From assembly GCA_016180855.1 (NCBI GenBank), contig JACPAL010000011.1, positions 7,392 to 71,391 of the forward strand: a stretch of DNA of 64,000 nucleotides. Direction: 5' to 3'. The notes below the pieces were generated by a model. It was given only the letters and a program-made list of their open reading frames with translations. It was not told where the DNA came from and made no database searches. Positions 27,943 through 37,400 of the stretch are shown piece after piece. Every line of letters begins with the position of its first letter. Position 1 is the stretch's first letter. This stretch comes from Deltaproteobacteria bacterium (GTDB lineage: Bacteria; UBA10199; JACPAL01). The position numbers were made by a program, and so were the translations under genes.

Positions 27943-29481
27943 ATGAGTCGTGATCTATCCTTAAAAGAGACCGAGAATCAAGCCGCCCATCGCTTTTATT
28001 TTGATCTGGCCTCTACAGCCGGCAGCTTTCTCCTGCCCGGTCTCTTACCTCTCTACACGCTGGCCGACTCCAGCTTTCGGGTCGCCTCGGAGGGATCAAC
28101 CTTCTCCGAAGAGTCTCCACGACTCACCTTTGGGCTCTTAACCACCCTCCCCTCCTATGCCTCCGGCACTTTTTTATCGGCACTTTACAGCAAAAGAATT
28201 TTTAACGGGTTAAAACGACTGATCGGCACACAAGGTTTTCAAACCCTCTATCGCTTATCGACTCATCAGTGGTTCAGCAGGACCCTCCTGCTTTGCTCAT
28301 TTTTAGGCTCGGCCCTCCATTTTCGGGAGAACCTTGAGGTATATGAAAATGGAGAGATCGACGGAGCGACCGTTGCCTACCGTACCGCTAGCAGTCTGTT
28401 GATGTTAGGAGGCGGCTTTCTCTTTTCTTGTCATCGTCCGAATCCCTCCGACCATCGTACGGTCCATCCGAAAAGAGACGAGATTACGATTGATCTCGCA
28501 AATCCCCGAAAAACAACTTACCGGGGAGGTATTGGGTCAAAGTTAAAAGGCCTCCGGCGGCTTCTTTTTTACAGCGCACCACGCACCCTTGCTGGCTATC
28601 ATATAAAAACGGGGGATTTTCAGCGCGCCTCAACGGAACAGTTGGGTCTTGATAGCTGGATCCTCCGCCAAACCGGTGTCCATAGGGTCGTGATTCGAGG
28701 AGGTAAACATCTTAAGGGGGCAACGGCTGCAGGAGCCCCCGCAATGACCCTCCAACTGACCCATTATGATCTGCGAGACTGGGCCCTGACCGATTTTACC
28801 TCACGCCATTTGGGAAGAGATCAGGGACAATTTATGAGGGCGAGTCTTGGAAAATTGGGCCCGCTCAGTATGCTGACTTCCGCCGAGATGGGGAGCCACC
28901 TTGTTCTTATCGATCGACACAATATCTCAATGGGGGTCTTTCAGATGCAAAGGGGATTCAGGCCGTCCTATCCCGCTCGGAACGGAAATATTCATTATGT
29001 CATCTATGGGCCACAGACGAGGACGACAGGAAAAAATTATATGAAAGAAAGAGGTGGTTTACTGGTTCAACGGAATGAAGCGGGTGAACTGGAGCCAATA
29101 GTTGTCAGCTCATTTGGAGAGGATGATTTTAAACGTCTCTGGAGGCCTCATACGACTCCGTTTGAATTTGCACTTACCCATGAAAGGGCTTTTGGGGATA
29201 ACCTGCATATCATCCCTTCCGTTATCATCCCCAGTGATTTTCAGAACGGGGCCTATCGGACATTGACCGTCGAATATTTTGAGCCGATCCCGGTCAAACG
29301 TTATCTTGAAATGATGAGAGACAAGACTCATCGCCTGTCCCTCAAGGAGGAAGCCGAATTGATGAGAAACGAGATGGTTGACTGGATGATCAAAAATCTC
29401 GTGAGGGACGGTTATTTCTCGAGCTACGCGCATGCCTACTATCCGATTCAGCAATCGGGTGTCCTAAGGAGCCACGCCTGA
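27943..29481 (+). CDS. hypothetical protein (orphan inside the menaquinone cluster)
   Basis: 512-aa ORF. Hydrophobic segments in the first ~170 aa. No motif recognised. Only 38 nt separate it from the divergent radical SAM gene. Confidence 0.55.
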   Translation: MSRDLSLKETENQAAHRFYFDLASTAGSFLLPGLLPLYTLADSSFRVASEGSTFSEESPRLTFGLLTTLPSYASGTFLSALYSKRIFNGLKRLIGTQGFQTLYRLSTHQWFSRTLLLCSFLGSALHFRENLEVYENGEIDGATVAYRTASSLLMLGGGFLFSCHRPNPSDHRTVHPKRDEITIDLANPRKTTYRGGIGSKLKGLRRLLFYSAPRTLAGYHIKTGDFQRASTEQLGLDSWILRQTGVHRVVIRGGKHLKGATAAGAPAMTLQLTHYDLRDWALTDFTSRHLGRDQGQFMRASLGKLGPLSMLTSAEMGSHLVLIDRHNISMGVFQMQRGFRPSYPARNGNIHYVIYGPQTRTTGKNYMKERGGLLVQRNEAGELEPIVVSSFGEDDFKRLWRPHTTPFEFALTHERAFGDNLHIIPSVIIPSDFQNGAYRTLTVEYFEPIPVKRYLEMMRDKTHRLSLKEEAELMRNEMVDWMIKNLVRDGYFSSYAHAYYPIQQSGVLRSHA

Positions 29482-29528
29482 CAATCTCTCCTGTTGCGAT
29501 TCTTTTCTGACTTTCTTATCCTCCCGAC

Positions 29529-30728
29529 ATGCTTCTTGCTGCCCGTTGGCTTTTGACCGGGGTGACGCCCCCCATCGAACAGGGTGCCATCCTCATAGAA
29601 GACGGTATCATTCGGGATATCGGCACCCGCCAGTGGTTTGCCAAAAAGGACATCTCGGAGGTTATCGATCTGGGAGAAACGATCCTCGTTCCAGGCCTTG
29701 TGAATGCCCATGCCCATCTGGAACATTCGGCACTAAAATCCCCCCAACCCCCCGGGGGGCAAAGGGGGATTTCTTTTACGGCTTGGGTCCGTACCCTCCA
29801 GGAAAAATCATCTCAAATCTCTCCATCAGAGAATGAGAAGGCAATTAAATATGCGATTGATGAACTAATTCGTGGAGGAACAACAACTCTTGTTGATCAT
29901 CGATCCCCGGACTGCCCCCCCATAGAAACGCCGTTTCGTGAGATGCTCTTTTTGGAACTGATTGGACCGTCCAAGTCAAAGGCCGAGGAATCGCGTCGAA
30001 ACGGCCTAAAATGGCTGGAAGAGAATGATGACCCGGAGCGCCCCTGCCACCTGACACCCCACTCGCTCTATTCCGTCCATCCGGATATTCTACAAGAGGC
30101 ATTCTCAGCGGGGACGACTCTCTCGTTGCATTTACTAGAGTCCGATGAGGAGGAGCAGTTTTTTCGTTCTCGCCAGGGCCCCCTCTTTGAGCTAGTTCGG
30201 AGTCGAGGGGGATCGCCACTTCGGGCCGAATCACCTGTTGCCTGGATCGAAGAACACCGCTCCAATGACACAAACATCCTCCTTATTCATGGAAATTATT
30301 TAAAGGAGGATGAAATTCGCCGGTTGAAGGGGCAAAATGCCTTTGTTATACACTGCCCCGGAAGTCACCGGTTTTTTGGGCCGAGAGCGTTTCCCTACGA
30401 GTCCTACATAAGGTGCGGGATTCGAATTGGACTTGGGACGGATAGTCTTGCCTCCAACGAATCGTTAAACATGCTCCGGCAGATGAAGCTCATGAAAGAG
30501 ACGACCCATCTGGGTGAAGAGGATATCTTGAGAATGGCAACCTTGAATGGAGCAATGGCAATTGGGGTGGAAAATGAGATCGGCACGCTCGAGGTTGGCA
30601 AGAAGGCGGATATTGTAGGCGTCCCACTCTTGAATCAGAAGGTTGATCCCTATGAAGCACTCCTCCTGCCCGATCAAGTCAGTTTTTCTATGGTGAGAGG
30701 GAGGGTTATTTTTTGTACCCATCCTTAA
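29529..30728 (+). CDS. amidohydrolase-superfamily deaminase (candidate aminodeoxyfutalosine deaminase)
   Basis: 399 aa. VNAHAHLEHS (HxH), HCPGSH, GTDSLASN. The cluster context suggests the futalosine-branch deaminase. Confidence 0.7.
   Translation: MLLAARWLLTGVTPPIEQGAILIEDGIIRDIGTRQWFAKKDISEVIDLGETILVPGLVNAHAHLEHSALKSPQPPGGQRGISFTAWVRTLQEKSSQISPSENEKAIKYAIDELIRGGTTTLVDHRSPDCPPIETPFREMLFLELIGPSKSKAEESRRNGLKWLEENDDPERPCHLTPHSLYSVHPDILQEAFSAGTTLSLHLLESDEEEQFFRSRQGPLFELVRSRGGSPLRAESPVAWIEEHRSNDTNILLIHGNYLKEDEIRRLKGQNAFVIHCPGSHRFFGPRAFPYESYIRCGIRIGLGTDSLASNESLNMLRQMKLMKETTHLGEEDILRMATLNGAMAIGVENEIGTLEVGKKADIVGVPLLNQKVDPYEALLLPDQVSFSMVRGRVIFCTHP
29736..29772. repeat. C-run/G-run near-palindrome (E) inside the amidohydrolase CDS
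   Basis: AAATCCCCC-CAA-CCCCCCGGGGGG-CAA-AGGGGGATTT: two stems, 9 bp and 6 bp, with an internal loop. Translated as KSPQPPGGQRGI just after the HxH motif. Lacks the CTCACCCC box. Confidence 0.55.
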
Positions 30729-32182
30729 CGCATTTTGTCCAATTTCTTGAGGAACGCGGCGAACTCTGCCGGCTCAGAGAACCGGTACGGGCCGAATTGG
30801 AAATTACGGAAATTACGGATCGCACCACCAAGGCCGGTGGCCCTGCCCTTCTGTTTGAGAATGTTATCAAGACGAATGGGGAAAGATCCAAATTTCCACT
30901 CCTGATTAATACCTATGGGACCTGGAAGCGAATGGCCTGGGCCTTAGGGGTTGAAGAGATCGAGGAGATTGCTCGAGAGATCGAGGAGATTCTGAAGAGC
31001 CAACCCCCTTCCGGTCTCTGGGACAAGCTCAAGATGCTCCCGAAGTTGGCCAAATTTGGCAGTTTTCTTCCGAAGGGAGTCTCTCAGGGGGTCTGTCAAG
31101 AGGTCGTCCTTTCCGGGCCGGATCTATCAATCCTTCCCTACCTCAAATGTTGGCCCGGTGATGGGGGACCGTATATCACCTTTCCCCTTGTGATCACCAA
31201 AGATCCTGACACGGGCATCCGTAACGTTGGCACCTATCGGATGCAGGTCTTTGACAAAAAAACAACCGGCATGCATTGGCAGGTCCACAAAACGGGTGCC
31301 AGGCACGCGCAGAGATATTGGGAATTAAAGAAGAAAATTCCTGTTGCGGTCTGTCTGGGGGGAGATCCGGCGTATGGCTATTCCGCAACAGCGCCCCTAC
31401 CGGACGGTGTCGATGAACTGATCTTGGCCGGCTTCATACGGAAAAAAGGGGTAGAGCTTGTCCGCTGTAAAACAATCGATATGGAGGTACCCGCCGACTG
31501 CGATTTTGTCATTGAGGGATACGTCGATCCGATGGAACCATTGGTTAAAGAGGGCCCATTTGGCGACCATACCGGCTACTACTCGCTCGCTGACAACTAT
31601 CCGCTCTTTCATGTCACGGCGATCACCCACCGCAAGGAGCCCATTTACTCCACGACCATCGTCGGTCCACCGATTCAGGAGGACGGTTTTCTTGGAAAGG
31701 CAAGTGAGAGAATCTTCATGCCCTTAATCCGGATGAATTTTCCGGAGATCCGCGATCTTTGTGTCCCGATCGAGACCTGCTTTCACAATCTCGCCATTGT
31801 TTCGATCAAAAAACAATACCCGGGTCATGCCAAGAAGATCATGCACTCGATCTGGGGAACGGGTCAGATGATGTTTTCAAAATGTATCATTGTTGTTGAT
31901 GAGGATGTGAATGTCCAAAATCTCACAGAGGTGGCCTGGCGTGTTTCCAATAACATCGATGCCAAACGCGATATCCTGTTTGCTGAGGGGCCGGTCGACG
32001 CCTTGGACCATGCCGCTCCCCAGTTTGCCTATGGATCAAAAATGGGGATCGACGCGACCCGAAAGTGGAGGGAAGAGGGATTTGAACGGGACTGGCCCGA
32101 GGTGCTTAAGATGAGGGAGGATGTAAAAAAACGAGTCAATGAGATATGGGAGAACTTAGAGATTATAAAGAGGGGGAAGTGA
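30713..32182 (+). CDS. UbiD-family decarboxylase (menaquinone-type, SCO4490-like)
   Basis: 489 aa. N-terminus FVQFLEERGELCRLREPV and GPFGDHTGYYS motif. TTG start. Followed by ubiE/ubiX/ubiA homologues. Confidence 0.9.
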   Translation: MYPSLTHFVQFLEERGELCRLREPVRAELEITEITDRTTKAGGPALLFENVIKTNGERSKFPLLINTYGTWKRMAWALGVEEIEEIAREIEEILKSQPPSGLWDKLKMLPKLAKFGSFLPKGVSQGVCQEVVLSGPDLSILPYLKCWPGDGGPYITFPLVITKDPDTGIRNVGTYRMQVFDKKTTGMHWQVHKTGARHAQRYWELKKKIPVAVCLGGDPAYGYSATAPLPDGVDELILAGFIRKKGVELVRCKTIDMEVPADCDFVIEGYVDPMEPLVKEGPFGDHTGYYSLADNYPLFHVTAITHRKEPIYSTTIVGPPIQEDGFLGKASERIFMPLIRMNFPEIRDLCVPIETCFHNLAIVSIKKQYPGHAKKIMHSIWGTGQMMFSKCIIVVDEDVNVQNLTEVAWRVSNNIDAKRDILFAEGPVDALDHAAPQFAYGSKMGIDATRKWREEGFERDWPEVLKMREDVKKRVNEIWENLEIIKRGK

Positions 32183-32880
32183 TTTCCGTGAAGATCGATA
32201 AGGGGGAGATACAGGGCCTCTTTTCCTCCATTGCCCCTCAATATGACCTCCTCAACACTGTCTTAAGTTTCGGCACTGACCGTCTTTGGCGTAAATGTGG
32301 GGTCTCCTTTCTAAAAGAGAGCCATCAGGTTCTTGATCTTTGCGCCGGCACATTGGCTCTCACGAGGGAACTCTTAAAGATCAATCCTTCTGTCTCCATC
32401 ACAGCGACTGATTTTTCTGAACCGATGCTTCGGGAGGGACAGAAAAAATTACAACGGGATGAACACCAAAGAGTCTCTCTCGAATGCTCTGATTTTTTTA
32501 AATTTGTTCGACCCCCTGCTACCTTTGATGCGGCGATGTGTGCCTATGGGTTCAGAAATTTAGAGGATAATACCAAGGCCCTCAAAAGGATCCATCACCT
32601 TTTAAAACCAGGAGGTCGTCTCTTGATTCTCGAATTCTTTCGGCCTGACAGATGGTATACCTGGATCTTTCATTATACCTATGCGCAGTTCCTTATTCCC
32701 CTGATCGGTTGGCTTGTCTCCCGGCATCAAGGGGCCTACAAGCACCTTCGAGACTCGGTCAGGGGCTTTTACACCCTTGACCAATATATCCAGTTGTTGA
32801 GAAAAACAGGCTTTGAAATAAAGAAGGCAAAGAGGCTGACGGGAGGGATCTCAGGATTGATTGTTGGGGAGAAAATATGA
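32179..32880 (+). CDS. menG: demethylmenaquinone / ubiquinone C-methyltransferase (UbiE/MenG family)
   Basis: FSSIAPQYDLLNTVLSFGTDRLWRK, VLDLCAGT, LKPGGRLLILEF. GTG 32179 overlaps the UbiD-like TGA (GTGA) and follows GAGGGGG. The ORF track opens at 32146. Confidence 0.88.
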   Translation: MISVKIDKGEIQGLFSSIAPQYDLLNTVLSFGTDRLWRKCGVSFLKESHQVLDLCAGTLALTRELLKINPSVSITATDFSEPMLREGQKKLQRDEHQRVSLECSDFFKFVRPPATFDAAMCAYGFRNLEDNTKALKRIHHLLKPGGRLLILEFFRPDRWYTWIFHYTYAQFLIPLIGWLVSRHQGAYKHLRDSVRGFYTLDQYIQLLRKTGFEIKKAKRLTGGISGLIVGEKI

Positions 32881-33440
32881 AAATCGTTATCGGAATCAGC
32901 GGTGCGAGCGGCGCCATTTACGCAAAGAGTCTGCTCGATTTTCTAAAAGGAACTCCTCATGAGGTTTATGTGACCGCCTCGGAGAATGCCATCGAGATAG
33001 GGCGTGAGGAGTGCGGTGTTGATTATCGTGAGTATGATTTTCGCTACTATGGCTACCGCGATTTCTCGGCCCCTTTTGCGAGTGGCTCTGCGAAGTTTGA
33101 TCAACTGGTCGTGATTCCATGCAGCATGGGAATCCTGGGGAGGATTGCCCATGGCTATTCGGACGATCTTCTCTCACGAACAGCCGATGTCTTCTTTAAG
33201 GAAAGAAAAAAGGTGATCCTTGTACCGAGGGAGACCCCTTTGAGTCTTATCCATATTGAGAACATGAAACTCGTGACACTCTCGGGGGCCGTTGTTCTCC
33301 CGGCTATTCCCTCCTTCTACAGCAAGCCTCAAACGATCCAGCAGGCGGTTGATACGGTCATCGCACGGGTACTCGACCATATGGGGATCGAAAATGATTT
33401 GAGGAAGAGATGGGGATCACCCCCTCACCCACAAAGATGA
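32877..33440 (+). CDS. ubiX: flavin prenyltransferase UbiX
   Basis: MKIVIGISGASGAIYA and PCSMGILGRIAHG. ATGA overlap with menG. The last ~7 codons and the stop are encoded by repeat copy G. Confidence 0.92.
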   Translation: MKIVIGISGASGAIYAKSLLDFLKGTPHEVYVTASENAIEIGREECGVDYREYDFRYYGYRDFSAPFASGSAKFDQLVVIPCSMGILGRIAHGYSDDLLSRTADVFFKERKKVILVPRETPLSLIHIENMKLVTLSGAVVLPAIPSFYSKPQTIQQAVDTVIARVLDHMGIENDLRKRWGSPPHPQR

Positions 33441-33478
33441 CAACCATAACAAATCCCCTCTCCCACGGGTGGAGAGGG
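33421..33478 (+). repeat. C-run/G-run element, long form (G)
   Basis: CCCCTCACCC(33421-30)-24 nt-CCCCTCTCCC(33455-64)-ACGGGT-GGAGAGGG(33471-78). The spacer carries AAGATGA, which supplies the ubiX stop and the ubiA-like start. Confidence 0.75.
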
Positions 33479-34321
33479 CTAATTAACATATTTTCATTGA
33501 TCAAATTCTCCCACACAATTTTTGCCCTCCCGTTTGCCTTATCCTCGATGCTTGTCGCAGCAAGCGGTATTCCGCCCCTTCGAACCATTCTTTTCATCAT
33601 AATTGGTATGGTCGCCGGACGGACGGCCGGAATCGCCTTTAATCGCTATCTGGACGCCGAAATCGATGCTAAAAATCCCCGCACGGCCCTGCGCGAGATC
33701 CCGCGCGGGGTCATTTCAAAAAGATTTGCCTTAATCCTTTCTTTCACCTCTTCAGCAATGCTTCTCCTGGTCGCCTTTCAACTGAACTCTCTCTGTTTTT
33801 ATCTTTCGCCACTCGCCCTTTTTCTCCTCTACTTCTATTCCTTCACCAAGCGATTGACAGACTGGTCCCACCTTTTCGTCGGTCTTGTTCTTGGTATCAC
33901 CCCGATCGCCTCCTGGATTGCCGTTACAGGCTCATGGAGCTGGATTCCTTTTATTTTGGGCCTTGGGGTGACGTTCTGGGTCGCTGGATTTGATATTATT
34001 TATGCAACCCAGGATGAGGAGTTTGATCGAAGGGAGGGACTGCACTCACTCGTTGTTCGGTTGGGGCTCCCCAAGGCGCTTTGGATCGCCCGTCTCTTTC
34101 ACGGATTGACCCTTCTCTCTTTCATCGCTTTTGGTTATCTCGTACTTGATACGACCGCTCTCCCCTATTGGTTAGCCCTCTCCCTCTGTGGATTTTTGCT
34201 CTTCTATGAGCACCGTCTCGTCAAACCGACGGATCTTTCCCATGTCAACGCCGCCTTTTTCAACATGAATGGCACTATCGCAATTATTTTTTTTGCAGGG
34301 GTTGCGGTGTCGATATTGTAG
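33437..34321 (+). CDS. UbiA-family aromatic prenyltransferase (menaquinone-type, SCO4491-like)
   Basis: NRYLDAEIDAKNPRT and DIIYATQDEEFD Asp-rich motifs, with ~8 TM helices. The ORF opens at 33410. The ATG at 33437 overlaps the ubiX TGA. Confidence 0.85.
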   Translation: MTTITNPLSHGWRGLINIFSLIKFSHTIFALPFALSSMLVAASGIPPLRTILFIIIGMVAGRTAGIAFNRYLDAEIDAKNPRTALREIPRGVISKRFALILSFTSSAMLLLVAFQLNSLCFYLSPLALFLLYFYSFTKRLTDWSHLFVGLVLGITPIASWIAVTGSWSWIPFILGLGVTFWVAGFDIIYATQDEEFDRREGLHSLVVRLGLPKALWIARLFHGLTLLSFIAFGYLVLDTTALPYWLALSLCGFLLFYEHRLVKPTDLSHVNAAFFNMNGTIAIIFFAGVAVSIL

Positions 34322-34323
34322 CT

Positions 34324-34380
34324 CCCCTCACCCTTAAAGGTGATAACAGGCACATATCCCCTCTCCCCTGCGGGAGAGGG
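34324..34380 (+). repeat. C-run/G-run element, long form (F)
   Basis: CCCCTCACCC(34324-33)-24 nt-CCCCTCTCCC, with a perfect 9-bp stem CCCTCTCCC(34359-67)/GGGAGAGGG(34372-80) and loop CTGC. Starts 3 nt after the ubiA-like stop. Confidence 0.75.
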
Positions 34381-34381
34381 C

Positions 34382-34412
34382 AAAAAAAGAGGCAGGACTA
34401 CTGTCCTGCCTC
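34382..34412 (-). terminator. rho-independent terminator of the minus-strand envelope operon
   Basis: 10-bp stem GAGGCAGGAC(34389-98)/GTCCTGCCTC(34403-12) with loop TACT. On the minus strand it is followed by T7 (A7 at 34382-88). Confidence 0.75.
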
Positions 34413-34439
34413 CAAAATTCCTTTCCAGGAATTTGTTAT

Positions 34440-37400
34440 TTACCTGATTAAGGAACAGCCGCTGATGCCGAGCCTTCTTTCAAGCCGTGACATATCCGGT
34501 TCACCGAAGGTATGCGGTGAGAGCGGACTCGTCTCACCCTCTTTAGGCTCAAAGGCGCCGTTCTTGTTCTTGTCTTCCTGGCCATCGTGGAGACCGTCGT
34601 TGTCGGTGTCTTCATCACAAGGATGCGTCTCACCAAACTCTTTCACACCGATCCCCTGAGTGATCTCATTGATCGCCTCTTCAATACCCTCCGCATACTT
34701 TTTACCGATGTCCGTAAATTGGCCGTTGCCGTTCAGATCCTCAAGGTTATCCGAAATCCCATCGAGATCGGAATCGGCAAGATATCCGGAGGTCTCCGGG
34801 TTTCCACCATTCCCATCGGCACGGCAGGGACCTGTTAAAGGAACCGACTGGCCGTTGACAGAGGCATCCCAGAGGCCGTCATGATCTCTATCCTCGATAT
34901 TATCAGGGATTGTATCACCGTCGGAATCCGCCTTCTTTGGATCAAGCTCGCCCAAATCAACCCGACCGTTCTGATTGTAATCCTCAACACCATCCGAAAT
35001 ACCATCACCATCGGTATCGGTATAACGCGGATCAGTCTCGTTCGTATCCTTCACGCCATTGCGGTTGATATCTTCGATACCGTCAAGGATTCCGTCATCA
35101 TCCGTATCTGAATCGAATCGGTCCGTCTCACCACTGGCGGATGTCCTCAGGCAGTCATTATCGAGGTCCTCTTTCACGTCCGGGATAAAATCACCGTCTG
35201 AGTCCTTGAGGGCCCCTGGATCCCGCCCATTTCCTTCAATGCACTGACTTCTGGCGCACTCCAGTTCTTCATTAGAGGCATCCGGTCGCCCATCCGCGTT
35301 TCGCGAAAAGAGGAGGCCCGGATCAGTTGCCTGACAACCATCGACCTTATCATTGATCCCGTCACCGTCCGAATCACGGAGGAACGGATTTGTATCCCAA
35401 GGCTCCGTTTCACCTGTTACATTCTCACTTTCACCGAAATAGTGACAGTTCTGGTTCCGGTCTTCTTCAACGTCCTTCAGACCGTCACCATCGGAGTCTT
35501 TGCCGTCCACATATTGATTTGCGATACAACGTCGGACGCAATAAATATCCGAACTCCACGGGCAGGCATCCTCGTCATCCCGCATCCCGTCCCCATCCGT
35601 GTCGCGGAGGAACGGATTCGACTCAAATTCATCGAGCGAACAGTTGCCGTTGGAGTCTTCTTGAACATTCGGAATCCCGTCCCGATCAGAGTCTTCCTTG
35701 CCATCAGCACCCGCCCAGATCGGATGGGCACTGTCTGGCACGCAGTGATTGAAGGGACCTGCATTGCCACCAATGTTGTCGTAACCGCAGAAGGTGATGT
35801 CCTCCATATCCTGTGTTGCATTGGGGACGCCGGGACACTGATCTTCCCCATCACTAAATCCGTCACCATCAGTATCCGGGTCAAACGGATCGAGATGCAG
35901 GATGTTCAGGTCCGCATTGTCCGGGTTCGCCTGACAATCCTGATCCGGATCCTCATGAATGTCGGTAATCCCATCGTCATCGGTATCAACACCGGCCGTA
36001 TGTTTAAACCGGATCCGATCGGGGAACGACCGGTCACAGTAAAAGCGCCGGCAGTCGGGATAACCAACCTCTGAGGGCGCAAAGTGGGGGCACTCATCAA
36101 TCGAATCAATACCGGTGGAAGGTCCACCCCCTTCATAACGAAGTGCGGCATCACCATCGGTATCACTATTCCTCCAGTCCGTTTCACGACTCGCCTCACC
36201 CTCCTCCGGACGATTATACAGGCAGTTGTCATCGAGATCCTCTTCGCCGTCACAAAGATTATCATCGTCATAATCGGCGCACTGCTCGTTCACATTCGCT
36301 CGACGTCTTGCCACCTGGGTTGCGGGGTTTGTCTCTGCACTGAGGACCGTTGGGGCACCTGGAACGCAGACACCATCACACGTGGCCGTTGCATCAAGGG
36401 GGCAGGCATCGTGCCCATCCGCCTTACCATCTCCATTGCCCGTTGCGGCGTACTGAACGACAACATAGCTGTAGTTTTGTCCTGCCGCGTTTTGGACACG
36501 AACACGCGCCATACCACTCCCAAGATTCTCAATAACCTCTCCTTCCAGGGCCGGAGCTGTCTTTGGTTTTAGCTTGGTGGAGCCAGAACCGCCTCCAATA
36601 GCTACACGCGCTGTATCTGAATGATCAAAATACGGGTCAGATTCCAAGAGATTTGGCGCCTCCGCCTCGCCCTGGATTCTGCAATCCTTGCTCGCGTCTT
36701 CCACAAGGTCAGGACGCCCGTCGTTATCGGTGTCGGTACTCGCCGCGAGTTTATTCATCACCTCGGGGCGGCAGAGCTTTCTCACACAACGGACATCTCC
36801 ATTGGGATCACCGATCGGATTTCCAGGACTTCCCTCATAAGGACAGATATCTTGTGCCGGATCGTCTGGGAGGCCGTCATCGTCAGAGTCCGGATCATAA
36901 GGATCGGTCTCTTGCCAGGCGTAGGGATTGTCATCCTTTAAACAACGGGAGTCCCAAACGAGTTTGCCATTCACGTCCCCATTCACCTCTCCGTCACAAT
37001 TTTCCCTTGAATCGTTGACACCATCATTGTCGGCGTCGAGATCATTGCCGTTATTGAGTTCATCCCCATCGCAGTTAAAGGGATCGGCCGCTGTGGGACA
37101 GCGGAAACCGTTCCTCACATCCTGGGACAACCCGGCAATCGTATCGGGTCCATCCTCCGCACCGATTTCAATGACATAGGCATTATGGGCTGCATCCGAT
37201 TTGAAAATTTCATACAAGTCTCCGATCCCATCACCGTCGGTATCTTTAGGGTCCGGATGACTAGACTCCTCACGAACGCCCGAAGAGGTTTCAAACGCAT
37301 CGGTCACGCAGTTGACGTTGACATCCTCTTCCCAGTTATACAGTTTATCCCCGTCACAGTCATGCTGGGTATGGTAACTGAAGCCACCGGGGCCATCGTC

